DNA of 64,000 bases from Myxococcales bacterium (GTDB lineage Bacteria > Myxococcota_A > Polyangia > Polyangiales > DASUME01). Made by a program: the position numbers and the translations under genes. The notes below the pieces were generated by a model that was not told the origin of the DNA, made no database searches, and was given only the letters and a program-made list of their open reading frames with translations. The stretch covers positions 608,001 to 672,000 of the forward strand of contig JASGJH010000001.1 in NCBI GenBank assembly GCA_047601445.1, written 5' to 3'. Shown here in pieces: positions 9,544 through 20,865 of this stretch (positions within the stretch are counted from its first letter, which is position 1; every line of letters begins with the position of its first letter).

Positions 9544-12030
9544 ATGGTTCAGCGGCGTAGCGAAGATCGCCTCGATTTCGGGCCTTTTCAGGCCAAAAGG
9601 CCGCCCCCTTGGGCGCTCGCTCGCGGCCTCTCGGGGGTGCTCGGTAGCTGGCGCGAGGACCTGGGCATGGCGCGCTGCTTCACGCTCGACCAGACGCTTC
9701 TCGGACGCGAGGCTCGCTACGGGGCGCTGCCTACTGAGCTGCATCCAACGCTCGTGAAGGCGCTTGCGAGCAAGGGTATCGACCAGCTCTACTCCCATCA
9801 GTCGGAGGCCTTCGGGCTCGCCACGCAGGGGCACGACCTGGTGGTGTCCACGCCCACCGCTTCCGGCAAGAGCCTCTGTTACAACCTGCCGGTGCTCGAC
9901 GCGTTGGCCCGCGATCCGGCCGCCCGAGCCATCTATCTCTTTCCCACGAAGGCGCTCTCGCGTGATCAAGAGGAGGCCTTGCGGACCCTGATGGGCGACG
10001 CGGGTCTCGACCGCGGCGCCATCACCTACGACGGCGATACGCCGGGGGATGCGCGCCGGGCAGCGCGCGAGCGGGCGGCGGTGCTGCTCACGAACCCGGA
10101 CATGCTGCACGCAGGCATCTTGCCGCACCATGCCAACTGGGCGCGTGTGTTCTCCAACCTGCGCTACGTGGTGATCGACGAACTGCACACGTATCGCGGC
10201 GTGTTCGGCTCGCACTTGGCCAATGTGCTGCGCCGGTTACTGCGCATTGCTGCCTTCCACGGTTCGTCACCGGTCGTCATCTTCGCGTCGGCCACCATCG
10301 GCAATCCCAGGGAGCATGCGTCGCGCATGTTGGGACGCGAGGTCGTGCAGGTGGGCGAGAGCGGTGCGCCGGCAGGACCCCGCAGCGTCCTCGTGTACAA
10401 CCCGCCGGTCGTCAACGCCGAGCTCGGGATCCGGCAGAGCTACCTGAAAGCCACAGTGCGGCTCACCGCCGATCTGGTGCGCGCGGAGGTGCCGACGTTG
10501 GTGTTCGGCCAGGGGCGCAATCAGGTCGAGACGATGCTCAAGTATCTGCGTGAGAAGCTGGCTCCCTACAAGGTCGAGCCCGAACAGATCATGAGCTATC
10601 GAGGTGGCTATCTGCCGGAGACGCGACGCCGTATCGAAGCGGGGCTGCGCGCAGGGGACATTCGCTGCGTCGTGGCCACCAATGCGCTCGAGCTCGGCAT
10701 CGACATCGGCTGTTTGGATGCGGTGGTGTGCGCCGGCTATCCAGGGAGCGTGGCGGCGCTGTGGCAACGCTTCGGGCGGGCAGGGCGGCGTCGCGAAGGT
10801 TCGCTGGCGGTGCTCGTCGCTTCCAGTGCGCCGCTCGATCAGTACTGTGCGCGCGACCCAGAAGCCATCGTCGGCGCGCCGGTGGAGCAGGCGCGCATCG
10901 ATCCGGACAACGTGGAGATCTTGGTGCAGCACCTGAAGTGCGCGGCCTTCGAGCTGCCCTTCGAGGAGGGCGAGAAGTTCGGCAGCGTGAGCGCCGACGA
11001 CACCACCGAGGCCCTCGATTTCTTGGCCAAGCACGAGCTGCTGCATCCGGTGCCCGGGCGCGAAGGCCGGCGCGTGTACCACTGGGCGGCGGATGCCTAT
11101 CCGGCCAACCACGTGTCGTTGCGCAGTGTGGGCTGGGACAATTTCGTGGTGGTCGAAGAGCGCGGGTCCACACGCGAGCAGAACCAGAGCCGCGACGACA
11201 ATCACACCATCGCCGAGATGGACTATCGGTCAACGCACACCATGTTGCACGAGCAAGCCATCTATCAGCACGAGGGCGAGCAATATCAGGTCGAGCGACT
11301 CGACTTCGAGAATCACAAGGCCTTCGTGCGCAAGGTCGATCCGGACTACTTCACCACGGCGATGACGTACACGCGTGTGGAAGTGATCGACGAGGACCAG
11401 CAGGCTCGCGAGCACGAGGGGGCGCTGTCCGGGCTGGGCGAGGTGTCGGTGGTCGAGAAGGTGGTGGGCTACAAGAAGATCAAGTTCCACACCCATGAGA
11501 ACGTGGGCTACGGAGAGGTACGCCTGCCCGAGATGCAGATGCACACCACGGCGTTCTGGTGGATGGTCACGGAGTCCGTGGTGGAGTCGTTGCCATACGC
11601 GCGGGCCACGGTGATCGACGCCATGCGAGGCTTCGGGAATGCGCTGCACACGGTGTCCGCCATCGGCTTGATGACTGACCCGCGAGACCTCGGGCGCGCC
11701 ATCGGCGACCGCACCGATCCCGACAGTCCGCCAGGTAAGCGCCGCGGCTCGCCGGGCTTCGACCCCACGATCTTCCTCTATGACCACGTGCCAGGCGGCA
11801 TCGGCTTGGCACCGCGTCTGTTCGAGGCGCGTGAAGAGCTGTTGCGCCGTGCCCGTGGGCTGGCCCTCGATTGCAGCTGCGAGGCAGGTTGTCCAGCCTG
11901 TATCGGTCCCGAGGTCGGGCAGCTGGTGTTGCCGAGCGGACAAGTGCAAACGCTGGAGCCGAGTCCCATCTCGCGCAGGCGCGTCATTGCCGAGCTCCTC
12001 GACGCCGTCGGAATCGTGTCGAGGCACTGA
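9544..12030 (+). CDS. DEAH-box helicase with C-terminal DUF1998 (MrfA/YprA/SftH/Hrq1 family)
   Basis: TPTASGKS, DELH, SATIGNP, NALELGIDIG, QRFGRAGR, LYDHVPGGIG and the Zn motif CSCEAGCPAC. Confidence 0.93.
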   Translation: MVQRRSEDRLDFGPFQAKRPPPWALARGLSGVLGSWREDLGMARCFTLDQTLLGREARYGALPTELHPTLVKALASKGIDQLYSHQSEAFGLATQGHDLVVSTPTASGKSLCYNLPVLDALARDPAARAIYLFPTKALSRDQEEALRTLMGDAGLDRGAITYDGDTPGDARRAARERAAVLLTNPDMLHAGILPHHANWARVFSNLRYVVIDELHTYRGVFGSHLANVLRRLLRIAAFHGSSPVVIFASATIGNPREHASRMLGREVVQVGESGAPAGPRSVLVYNPPVVNAELGIRQSYLKATVRLTADLVRAEVPTLVFGQGRNQVETMLKYLREKLAPYKVEPEQIMSYRGGYLPETRRRIEAGLRAGDIRCVVATNALELGIDIGCLDAVVCAGYPGSVAALWQRFGRAGRRREGSLAVLVASSAPLDQYCARDPEAIVGAPVEQARIDPDNVEILVQHLKCAAFELPFEEGEKFGSVSADDTTEALDFLAKHELLHPVPGREGRRVYHWAADAYPANHVSLRSVGWDNFVVVEERGSTREQNQSRDDNHTIAEMDYRSTHTMLHEQAIYQHEGEQYQVERLDFENHKAFVRKVDPDYFTTAMTYTRVEVIDEDQQAREHEGALSGLGEVSVVEKVVGYKKIKFHTHENVGYGEVRLPEMQMHTTAFWWMVTESVVESLPYARATVIDAMRGFGNALHTVSAIGLMTDPRDLGRAIGDRTDPDSPPGKRRGSPGFDPTIFLYDHVPGGIGLAPRLFEAREELLRRARGLALDCSCEAGCPACIGPEVGQLVLPSGQVQTLEPSPISRRRVIAELLDAVGIVSRH

Positions 12031-12041
12031 GGAGGAGCCGC

Positions 12042-13610
12042 GTGGGAAAGCTGGGCGCGAAACTGGAACGACTCGGAGGAATCGGACGCAGGACGTACAC
12101 GGAGACGGTTCCCGAGGTCGTGGCGGAGGCGGAGGCTGTGGCGGAGACCGTGGCGGAGACCGTGGCGGAGATCGTGACCACACCCCTGCCTGTGACCGTT
12201 CCCGTATCCGACGTCGCACCTGCCTCGGAATCCGTAGCTCGCGTTGCAAGACGAGCTCAGATCTCCTCGCTTCGCCTCCAAATGAACTCCTTGAGCGTGA
12301 AGCTTACGCGAGACCGCGAGCGATCACGAAGTACTCCGTTTCCTGCCGACTCGCGAACCGCGCCCGCACCCGCGATGGCCACCGCCCCCGCCACCGCCCC
12401 CGCCACCGCCCCCGCCACCGCCACTTCGCTTCCTGGTGTTCTTCTTTCGACTCCTCACGGCTCTCTGCGCAGTGTGGTCACGCGTTTTGCGGAGGAGCAT
12501 CGGCACGGGTCGGTGCCTGTGGCGCGTGCACTCTCGGCCTGCGCTCGCTCGCTCTCGGTGCTCGCGCTCGATCCGGCGTTGGCGGAGGTCGATTTCACGC
12601 GGGCCCTGTACATCGACACGGAGACCACCGGACTCCTCGGGGGCACGGGCACGCTTCCGTTCTTGATCGGGTGTGCGCGCTTCGAGCTCGGGAGCTTGGT
12701 GGTGGAGCAGCTGTTGCTCGAGCGGCCCGGTCACGAAGGGCCCATGCTGCGTCGCCTCGCTGAGCTCTTGGCCCAGGCGAGCTGCATCGTGAGCTTCAAT
12801 GGCAAGAGCTTCGATTGGCCCCTGCTGCGTACACGCTTCATCATGAACCGGGTGCCAGCCCCCAAGGTGCCGGCCCATCTCGACCTGCTGCACTGCGCAC
12901 GCCGTGTCTACAAGCGACGCCTCGGTAGCGTGCGCCTCATCGAGCTCGAGGCTGCAGTGCTCGGGTTCGAGCGCATCGAAGACTTGCCCGGTGAGCTCAT
13001 CCCCGAAACCTATCTCGGCTTCTTGCGGGGCCGCACGCCGGGGGCCGCGCTGTGGCCGGTGGTGGAGCACAACCGCAGCGATCTGGTGGCGTTGCCGGCC
13101 ATGTTGGGAGAGTTGGTGCGTCGGTTCGCCGAGCCGAGCGCTCCGGAGCTTCGGCAGGATGCGCGAGATCAGCTGGGCTTTGCTCAGGTCGCAGCCCGCG
13201 CCGACGACCCACAGCGCGCGCTGGCCTTTGCGCAAGCGGCGGCCGAGTCCGACGTGAGAGGAGAGCTCGCCCCTGAGGCCATGTACCTGGCCGGGATGCT
13301 CAAGCTCAAGGTCGGAGACCTCGCCGGCGCAGTGTGCGCGTTCAGGGACTCGCTGGAGGCTTCCCACGGGCGCGCGGAGGCCAGCGCGCGTGCTCACCTC
13401 GCGCTCGCCAAGATGTTCGAGCATCGCTTGAAGGATCCCGAGCGCGCGTTCTTCCATGCCCCTCATACAGGACTTGCCGAGGGAAATGAGGCTTCTGCGC
13501 GGCGCGTGCAGCGCCTGCAAAAGAAGTGGCAGCGCTGTTTGGGAGCAGCCAGCGCTGAGGGAACCGCGGACGTGCTGCGAGGGGGGCTGTTGGAAAAAAT
13601 CGTCGAGTGA
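12042..13610 (+). CDS. RNase H-like DEDD exonuclease with TPR-like tail (MrfB/YprB family)
   Basis: GAGGAGG SD before GTG 12042; YIDTETTGL, SFNGKSFDWP, HLDLLH, HNRSDL; directly follows the MrfA-like helicase. Confidence 0.88.
   Translation: MGKLGAKLERLGGIGRRTYTETVPEVVAEAEAVAETVAETVAEIVTTPLPVTVPVSDVAPASESVARVARRAQISSLRLQMNSLSVKLTRDRERSRSTPFPADSRTAPAPAMATAPATAPATAPATATSLPGVLLSTPHGSLRSVVTRFAEEHRHGSVPVARALSACARSLSVLALDPALAEVDFTRALYIDTETTGLLGGTGTLPFLIGCARFELGSLVVEQLLLERPGHEGPMLRRLAELLAQASCIVSFNGKSFDWPLLRTRFIMNRVPAPKVPAHLDLLHCARRVYKRRLGSVRLIELEAAVLGFERIEDLPGELIPETYLGFLRGRTPGAALWPVVEHNRSDLVALPAMLGELVRRFAEPSAPELRQDARDQLGFAQVAARADDPQRALAFAQAAAESDVRGELAPEAMYLAGMLKLKVGDLAGAVCAFRDSLEASHGRAEASARAHLALAKMFEHRLKDPERAFFHAPHTGLAEGNEASARRVQRLQKKWQRCLGAASAEGTADVLRGGLLEKIVE
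12119..12425. repeat. Two 12-bp-period low-complexity tracts inside the exonuclease gene
   Basis: (gtggcggagacc)n at about 12119-12177 and (accgcccccgcc)n at about 12381-12425. Confidence 0.85.
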
Positions 13611-13893
13611 GACTGCCTCCATTGAAAACTGTGAAGTGGCCCACTGTCGAGTGTGGTGTCCGATCAAAAATACAGTGATCGTCCGCCGCGCAGGACGTGC
13701 TCGAGTGCGACAGACGAATATTTCGCTGCTCTCGTGGCTGCTTGCCGCGAGCGAGCGCGAGACGAGGCGACGCGAGCGCGACATGTGTGCTCGGACTTCT
13801 GTTCTGTCCGCGAACAGGAGTGCAACGTCGAAGGCTTGCTGTCGCGAACGGTAAAAGGACGTTCGGCGTTGTACGCTCTAGCGTTCTGCTGGC

Positions 13894-14496
13894 GTGAGGG
13901 TGCACCACGTGAGAAGCGCGAACCCAAAGAGATTTCGGGTCATCGTCGGGGTCGATTTCTCCGAACAAGCGGCCAATGCGATTTACGAGAGCGTTCAGCT
14001 CGCGCGCGTCATGCCGCGGATCAACATGCACTACGTCCACGTCGTGGAGACGCCTTCGGATCTCGACGATGCCAATGTTATCGAGGCGCTCAACGAACGC
14101 CTCTCCCGAACACTGATTCGCCTCGAGCGCTATGTGCGTGACGCGCTGTTCGCGTTCGGTGGCAACGAAGCCTGGGGTTGCGACGTGGCCTTTCACGTGC
14201 GCCTCGGGGCGCCCGCTCCGGCCCTGCGCCAGGCGGCCGCTGACGCCGACGCCGACCTCATCATCGTGGGCGCTGACCAGGTCAGCGGGTTGCGCAAGCT
14301 GTTCCATCGCTCCACGGCCGAGCAACTCGTCCGCATGGCGCACATGCCCGTCGTCGTCGCCCATCAAAAGAACTTCCGAACGCCGGCCCGTGCGCCCTCG
14401 GAGCCGGTGGGCACGCCGCACGGCGGACTCACCACGCACAGCTACGTGGACTTCGGCGAGCCACGCCGCGACAGCCATCTCAACGGGTCCTTCTAG
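13894..14496 (+). CDS. Universal stress protein
   Basis: RVIVGVDFSE, GAPAPALRQAA, ADLIIVG, STAEQLVRMAHMPVVV. Confidence 0.88.
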   Translation: MRVHHVRSANPKRFRVIVGVDFSEQAANAIYESVQLARVMPRINMHYVHVVETPSDLDDANVIEALNERLSRTLIRLERYVRDALFAFGGNEAWGCDVAFHVRLGAPAPALRQAAADADADLIIVGADQVSGLRKLFHRSTAEQLVRMAHMPVVVAHQKNFRTPARAPSEPVGTPHGGLTTHSYVDFGEPRRDSHLNGSF

Positions 14497-14542
14497 ACCC
14501 GTTCACGTCCACCCGCTTTCGACTCGCGCTACACTCGCGGGC

Positions 14543-17042
14543 GTGCGGCTTTCGCTTGTTGCGGTCGGTCTGATGATGGTGGCGGGCTGCTTCCTGGACC
14601 ACCCGGTCAACAAGCTCTCGAGCCAGGGAGTCGAGGCGCGGCAGATTCGAGACCTTCGAGCCGCCGGATCACACGGGCTCGACCGTCACCGCTCCCGGGG
14701 ACTTCGTGCTCACGGGGAACGGTCTGCGCCTGGTAGTCGGCGGCTTGCTGCGCGAGGGCGATGCGCGCGGCGCGGTGCTGGAGATGAGCGTGGCGGGCAA
14801 CGCCCCGAGCGCCAACGTGGTGCTGTTTCGACAGACCGTCCACGTGGACGGAGTCGAGCACAAGATCCGCGTGCTGCGCATGTCGCTGATCGAGCGCATG
14901 GGCATGCCTGCGCTGCGCATCGAGGGCGTGGTGCCGCTCGACGGCCGCCAACTCGACGTCGCGCGCGAGCTCTCGATCGGGCGAGTCGAGGGCACCCTGT
15001 CCGTGAGCACGCGGCTGTACAGCGCCGGAGGCGAGCGTTCGGTGCACGTCGGTGCGCGTCTGGCCTGGGGCGGCCCGATCCCGTTCATGCCCGGGGTCGG
15101 AGCGTTCGATGACGAGCAATGGCACCGCGCTGACTGGGTGGGCGGCGAGGGGCCCTCGTCGAGCGTCTGCTTCGGCTTCGAGCGCGGAGGCGTGAGCGCG
15201 CGCGCACGCTTCGAGGAGCACGCCGGGGCCAAGCTGCTCGTACACACGGACGTGGCGCAAGCTCAGGGCTTCGCGCTCGAGCCGGGCGTGCCGCACTACG
15301 AGAAGAACGCACTGGTGTTGGCGGCGCCCGGGCTCGCCAGCGCCGTTCGCACCTTCGGCATGTGGCGAAGCCGGATGTTCCCGGAGGTCTGGATCTACCT
15401 GCCGGAGCGACCGGTGGGGAGCCAGGTGATGCTCAGCGACGCCAACGAACGAGAGCTGGTGCGCGGTCTGCCGGACGTGCACGGCCGCGTGGTGTTGCCC
15501 CTGGTGCAGCCAGAATCGGGTCCCGTCGAACGCTACGTGGCGGTGGCCACCGCCTACGGACACGCTGCGAGCGAGGCCTTGAGCTTTCGAGCCGGGGACT
15601 TCGGCGCCGCCGAACTGGTGATTCCAGCGGGCGGTCAGATCCGCGTGCGCGTGCACGAAGCAGGCAGTCACGAGCCCCTGGCCGCACGCGTGCGCATCGC
15701 GCCGCTCGGCGACACCAAGCCAGTCTCGCTGGGCCCCGACTACCGCGCGTCGGGTGCTGGTGACACGGTGATTGCGCTGCGTGGCCAGGCCTGGATTGAC
15801 GTGCCTCAGGGGCGTTACCGCGTACAGCTCAGCCACGGTCCCGAGTGGACCTTGTTCGACGCCGAGGTCGACGTCACCGAAACCTACGGCCCCCTCGTGG
15901 ACGCCGAGCTCGTGCACCAGGTGGACCCTGGCAACTGGATCGGCTGCGATCTGCACCTGCACGCAGCGCCGAGCCCCGACAGCGAGGTTAGCCTCGACGA
16001 TCGGCTGGCGTCGCTGGTCGCCGAGGGCGTGCAGTTCGCGGTGGCCACCGATCACAACCACGTTACCGACTACGCACCCAGCGTGGCGAGCCTGGCGCTG
16101 GACGAGATCGCCGTAGAGAGCGGCGTGGAGGTGACCACCGAACAGCCAACCTTCGGCCACTTCAACGCCTATCCGGTCGCGCTCGACCCGACCCGCCAGG
16201 GCAACGGTGCGCCCGCCTATTCAGGAGTCGACCCCGGGGCCTTGTTTCGGTCACTGCACGCGCTCGATCCCGATCTCGTGGTGCAGGTGAACCACCCGCG
16301 CAGCACGGGGGGCATCGGTTACTTCGAAGTGATGAGCTACGACCCGTCGACCGACGCCGCCGATCCGCGCTTCAGCGCCGAGTTCGACACCCTCGAGGTC
16401 TTCAACGGCTTCGATCTGGGGCAGCGACCCAACGTGGATCGCGTCTTCGACGACTGGCTCACCATGTTGGCCCGCGGCAAGCGTGTGGCCGCCACCGGTT
16501 CCAGCGACTCCCATCAGGTTCGCTACCAGCTCGCCGGTTATCCGCGCACGTACGTGTCGGTGCCGGAGCTCGATCAGCGCGACTCGCGCGCCATCATCCG
16601 CGCCATCAAGGCCGGGGCTTCGTTCGTGACGTCGGGGCCGTTTCTGGAGGTCGAACTGGGAGGTGGCGGTCCAGGGACCACGGTTTCACTGGCTAGCCTG
16701 CAGCCTGCCGGCGAGGCCAAGCTATCGGTGAAGGTCCGGGCGCCGGATTGGATGCCCGTGGACCTGGTGGAGATCTTCGTGGGCACCGAGCGCGTGCTCG
16801 CACGGGAGGTGCCCAAGCCGGCTAGCCGGCGCAAGGGCGCTGCTCCAGCGCGCGGAGTGGTGCGGCTCTCCGAGCGCTTCCCGCTCACGATCTCCCAGGA
16901 CAGCTTCGTGGTGGTACGCGTGTCGAGCCAGGAATCCGTGGAGCGCTTCTCGGGCCGTTTCGGGATGGTGCCCCTGGCCTTCAGCAACCCCATCTTCGTG
17001 GACGCCGACGGCGACGGGCAGACGCGCTGGTCGCCGCCATGA
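14543..17042 (+). CDS. CehA/McbA-type PHP-domain metallohydrolase lipoprotein (apparent +1 frameshift near 14646)
   Basis: GCDLHLH, TDHN, GVEVT, GHFNAYP, NHPR and GSSDSH motifs in the 14706 frame; the lipoprotein signal (VRLSLVAVGLMMVAGC) from GTG 14543 is in another frame. Confidence 0.82.
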
Positions 17043-17066
17043 GGGCGTGCTACCGCGGGTCCTCGA

Positions 17067-18176
17067 ATGTACCGGCTGATCTTCGAGCGACTGCTTTCGA
17101 AGCTTGACGCGGAGGCGATGCACAAGCTCGGCTTCGGTGTCCTGCGTCTCGCGCTCGGTCTGCGCTTTCTGCGGACCTGGCTACGCTCGTGGTTGGTGCC
17201 GGATGAGCCCAGCTTGCGGGTGCGCGCGCTGGGGCGCGAGTTCGATAGCCCGCTCGGGCTGGCAGCCGGCTTCGACAAGGACGCCGTGGGGTTCGAGGCG
17301 CTCTACGCACTCGGCTTCGGGTTCATCGAGATCGGGACCCTCACCGGACAGCCCCAGCCCGGCAATCCCCGGCCCCGCATGTTTCGCCTGGTGCGCGATC
17401 GCGCCCTGATCAATCGCCTGGGCTTCAACAATGGGGGATCGGCGGACGCCGTGGCGCGCCTCAGCGCCCCGCGCAGCGTCCCGCTCGGCGTGAACATCGG
17501 CAAGACCAAGCTGGTGCCCGAAGAGCAGGCGGTGGAGGACTATCGCCTGAGCGCGGAGCGGTTGGGGCGGCTGGCGGATTACATGGTCGTGAACGTGAGC
17601 TCGCCCAACACGCCCGGCCTGCGCAATCTGCAGGCGGTGGAGCTGCTGCGGCCGCTTTTGAGCGGCGTGCGCCAGGCGCTCGACCGCGTGTCCGAGGGCA
17701 AGCACGTGCCGCTGTTGGTGAAGATCGCTCCGGATCTTGCGGACGAGGATGTGGACGCCGTGGCCGACCTGGCGCTCGAGCTCAAGCTCGATGGCGTCAT
17801 CGCCACCAACACCACCATCTCCCGCGCGGGCCTCGACACGGACCCTGCGCGCGTGGCGGAGATCGGTGCGGGCGGTCTGAGCGGTGAGCCCGTGCGGGCG
17901 CGTTCGCTGGCCGTGCTGCGCCGACTGCGGGCGCGGGTAGGGGAGCGTGTTCTGCTGATCGGCGTCGGTGGCATCGGCAGCGCCGAGGACGTGCTCGAGC
18001 GCATCCTGGCGGGGGCCACCCTGGTGCAGGCCTACACGGGGTTCGTGTACGGCGGGCCGCTGTGGCCGAGCCGCGTGCGCAGCGAACTCGCCCGTCTGCT
18101 GCGCGCGCGCGGCTTTGCCAGCGTGCAGGCGGCCGTGGGCGCGGGCGTCGTTCAGGCCGCGAACCAGAAGTCGTAG
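17067..18176 (+). CDS. pyrD: Quinone-dependent dihydroorotate dehydrogenase (class 2)
   Basis: [40 protein letters not shown]. Confidence 0.96.
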   Translation: MYRLIFERLLSKLDAEAMHKLGFGVLRLALGLRFLRTWLRSWLVPDEPSLRVRALGREFDSPLGLAAGFDKDAVGFEALYALGFGFIEIGTLTGQPQPGNPRPRMFRLVRDRALINRLGFNNGGSADAVARLSAPRSVPLGVNIGKTKLVPEEQAVEDYRLSAERLGRLADYMVVNVSSPNTPGLRNLQAVELLRPLLSGVRQALDRVSEGKHVPLLVKIAPDLADEDVDAVADLALELKLDGVIATNTTISRAGLDTDPARVAEIGAGGLSGEPVRARSLAVLRRLRARVGERVLLIGVGGIGSAEDVLERILAGATLVQAYTGFVYGGPLWPSRVRSELARLLRARGFASVQAAVGAGVVQAANQKS

Positions 18177-19162
18177 CCCTCGCGAAAGCCTCGCTCGCAC
18201 AGGTAGGGACGGATCAGCCCGCGCGCGCCGCGCGCTCCGACTGCAGCCACCACCACGTCCGTGGCGGCATCGAGTGCTTCCATCGGGGCGATGGGGACGC
18301 CGCGGGCGGTGCGGCCGATCTTGTCGGGGTCGACGTCGATGAAGAGGTCGAACCGCAGCCCGTGTGCTTCCAGCGAGCGTGCCATGCGCTTGCCCGTGGG
18401 GCCCGCGCCCCACAGGACCCTGCGGGGCTTCTCGGAGCGGGCCACCCGCGAGGCCAGATAGGGTGCCTTGGCGGTCCGCATGCTGTCGAGGGAGTAGCGT
18501 GGGTCGCTGAAGGTGGCCCGACCCGGACGATGCCTCCAACGCAACAGCACTTCTGGCAGCTTGCACAGGGCATAGCCCAGCTGGTCGAGGCGCAGGAACA
18601 GGTCGTAGTCCTCTGGCAACGGTAGCTCTCGGTAGCCGCCCGCCGCGAGCAGGGCGCCGCGCCGCAGCATGGTGGAGGGATGACAGAGCGGGGACTCGAC
18701 GAAGAGCTCGCGCCGGTGGTCCTCGGCCGTGAGCAGCGCATTCTGCCAACTCACGTAGCGCTCCATGCCCTCGCCCAGCTCACCCTGGTCGCAGAAGGCC
18801 TCCACGCGGCTGCCCACCACGGCCACCTCCGGGTGCTGCAGCAGGAACTCACGCTGACGCGCCATGCGACCGGGCAAGCTCAGATCGTCCGAATCCATGC
18901 GGGCCAACAGCCCTCCGCGAGCGGCCGCCACGCCCTGCTGCAGGGCTGCGACCAGGCCGCGCCCCTCGGCCCGCAGCAGGCGCACCCGCGGATCCCGTGT
19001 GCCCCAGGCGCGCACACGGTCAGTACCGCTATCGACGGATCCATCATCAATGCACAGGACCTCGAGGGCTTCGTCCGCGCCGAGCAAACCAGACAACGCT
19101 GCGTCAATCGTGGCGCTCGCGTTGCGGAAGGGCATGACCACGGAAATGAAGCGTTCGTCCAC
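18152..19162 (-). CDS. Glycosyltransferase family 2
   Basis: [27 protein letters not shown]; start taken at GTG 19162 (frame open to 19249). Confidence 0.88.
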   Translation of the reverse strand: MDERFISVVMPFRNASATIDAALSGLLGADEALEVLCIDDGSVDSGTDRVRAWGTRDPRVRLLRAEGRGLVAALQQGVAAARGGLLARMDSDDLSLPGRMARQREFLLQHPEVAVVGSRVEAFCDQGELGEGMERYVSWQNALLTAEDHRRELFVESPLCHPSTMLRRGALLAAGGYRELPLPEDYDLFLRLDQLGYALCKLPEVLLRWRHRPGRATFSDPRYSLDSMRTAKAPYLASRVARSEKPRRVLWGAGPTGKRMARSLEAHGLRFDLFIDVDPDKIGRTARGVPIAPMEALDAATDVVVAAVGARGARGLIRPYLCERGFREGYDFWFAA

Positions 19163-19341
19163 GGTGTTTCCTTGGTGTCTACTCTGGCGGCAGGGCGCGT
19201 TAGCGAGTACCGTCAATGGCGGCGGGACGGAGGTCATCGGCGCGCTCACCGCCGGCCGGGTGCGTCTCCTCCAGCCACCTTTGGGTCGAGCTGGCGCCGA
19301 GCCAGCGCCGAGCCGGGAAGTCAGCGAGTTTTCTGCGGGTC

Positions 19342-20823
19342 ATGATCAGCCTGATAGTACGTTTTGCTCGTGCTCTTTGGGCCTTCGGCCTCATCCTGGC
19401 GGATTATCTGATCCAGCACGGCTTGACCAAGCTGTTCGTTAAGCGGGTTCAGGATCCGGTCACCGGTCAGCGCCGTCGCAAGCGCCCCGAGTGGCTCAAG
19501 CGTCGGCGCGAGCGCCTCGATCAACGCAATGCGCAACGCACCTTGGATGCGATGCTGCGACTGCGCGGCGTGTACATCAAGCTCGGCCAGGTGCTGTCCA
19601 TCATGGGCGGCTTCTTGCCGCGACCCTACGTCAAGAAGCTCCAGGTGCTGCAGGACAAGGTGCCGCCGCACGGCTTCGCCGAGGTCGAGAAGGTCTTCCT
19701 CCGGCAGCTCGGTAAGCGCCCCCAGGATTGCTTCCGCGATATCGAGCACGAGCCGGTGGCGGCCGCCTCGCTGGGCCAGGTGCACGTGGCGCACCTGCAC
19801 GACGGCACCAAGGTCGCCGTGAAGATCCTGTATCCGCAGATCCGCGACGTGATCCGCGTCGACATGATGATCGTGCGCATGGCCTTGCGCGTGTATCAGT
19901 GGTTCGTGCCGGTGGGCGGGGTCGAGAACTCCTACAACTCCCTGGTCGACTTGCTGCGACGCGAGACGGAGTACTTGCACGAGGCCGAGTGCATGACGCG
20001 CATGGCCCAGAACTTCGAGGGCGACCCGGACATCCTGTTCCCCAAGGTCATCCGCGAGTTCACCACCAGCGACATCCTCACCATGACCTTCATGGAGGGC
20101 GTCAAGATCACGAACTTCGAAGCGCTGGAGGCGCTCGGGGTGTCGCGGCGCGCCGTGGCCACGCTGCTGGTGCAGTCGTTCTACAAGCAGCTCTTCGTGC
20201 ACCGCTTCTTTCACGCCGATCCGCATCCGGGAAACTTCCTGGTGCAAGCGGGTCCGGAGGGGAAGCCCAAACTCGTAGTGCTCGATTTCGGCGCCATCAG
20301 CGAAGCCAAGGACCACTTGATCGAGGGCTTGATCGACGTGGTCCACGGCTTGTTCACCGGGGACTCGGACAAGCTCATCGAGGGCTTCGGGCGCATGGGC
20401 TTCGTGGCCGAGGGGGGGGACCGCGAGTCCTTGCGCAACCTCACCAAGACCTACTTCGGCAAGCTCATGAAGTTCAAGGATCGGAGCCCCGGGGCGCTGA
20501 TGCGGGACCGCAAGGAGGTCCGCAAGGAGTTCGGGAACCCGGAGATGGACCTGGACGACCTGCGCGACTTGATGAAGTCGGTGCACTACCCGGAGACCTG
20601 GTTCTACGTGGAGCGCGCCACCGTGCTGCTGTTCTGGCTGAGCGCCACCATCGAGCCGAGTCTCGACACCATCCAGGTGGGCTTCCCGTACATCATGCCG
20701 CTCCTGATGGAGCGCAACCGCAAGGCGGCCGATGAGCGCGCGGCGCAGAAGGCAGCAGCCAAGCAGGCGGCGCTCGAAGAGGGCGGCATCGGCGAGCAGG
20801 GCGGCGTGCCCTCGGCGTCCTGA
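19342..20823 (+). CDS. ABC1/UbiB/AarF family atypical kinase
   Basis: YIKLGQ, LQDKVPP, AAASLGQVH, VAVKI, FHADPHPGN, LDFG. Confidence 0.93.
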   Translation: MISLIVRFARALWAFGLILADYLIQHGLTKLFVKRVQDPVTGQRRRKRPEWLKRRRERLDQRNAQRTLDAMLRLRGVYIKLGQVLSIMGGFLPRPYVKKLQVLQDKVPPHGFAEVEKVFLRQLGKRPQDCFRDIEHEPVAAASLGQVHVAHLHDGTKVAVKILYPQIRDVIRVDMMIVRMALRVYQWFVPVGGVENSYNSLVDLLRRETEYLHEAECMTRMAQNFEGDPDILFPKVIREFTTSDILTMTFMEGVKITNFEALEALGVSRRAVATLLVQSFYKQLFVHRFFHADPHPGNFLVQAGPEGKPKLVVLDFGAISEAKDHLIEGLIDVVHGLFTGDSDKLIEGFGRMGFVAEGGDRESLRNLTKTYFGKLMKFKDRSPGALMRDRKEVRKEFGNPEMDLDDLRDLMKSVHYPETWFYVERATVLLFWLSATIEPSLDTIQVGFPYIMPLLMERNRKAADERAAQKAAAKQAALEEGGIGEQGGVPSAS

Positions 20824-20865
20824 GTTCGCGGTGGCTACGCGCGCCAGGCCAGCTCGGTCGTGAGC

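Noticed and set aside
8073..9545. 490-aa ORF as a single protein
   Set aside because: The first two thirds overlap the BKACE gene out of frame; only 8073-8561 looks coding.
9544..12030. DISARM or Druantia defence system
   Set aside because: The neighbour is a YprB/MrfB-type exonuclease and no drm or dru partner genes are adjacent.
13630..13645. CRP/FNR-like site TGTGA-N6-CCACT upstream of the USP gene
   Set aside because: Only 8/10 match, about 250 nt from the start, with no supporting promoter; could be chance.
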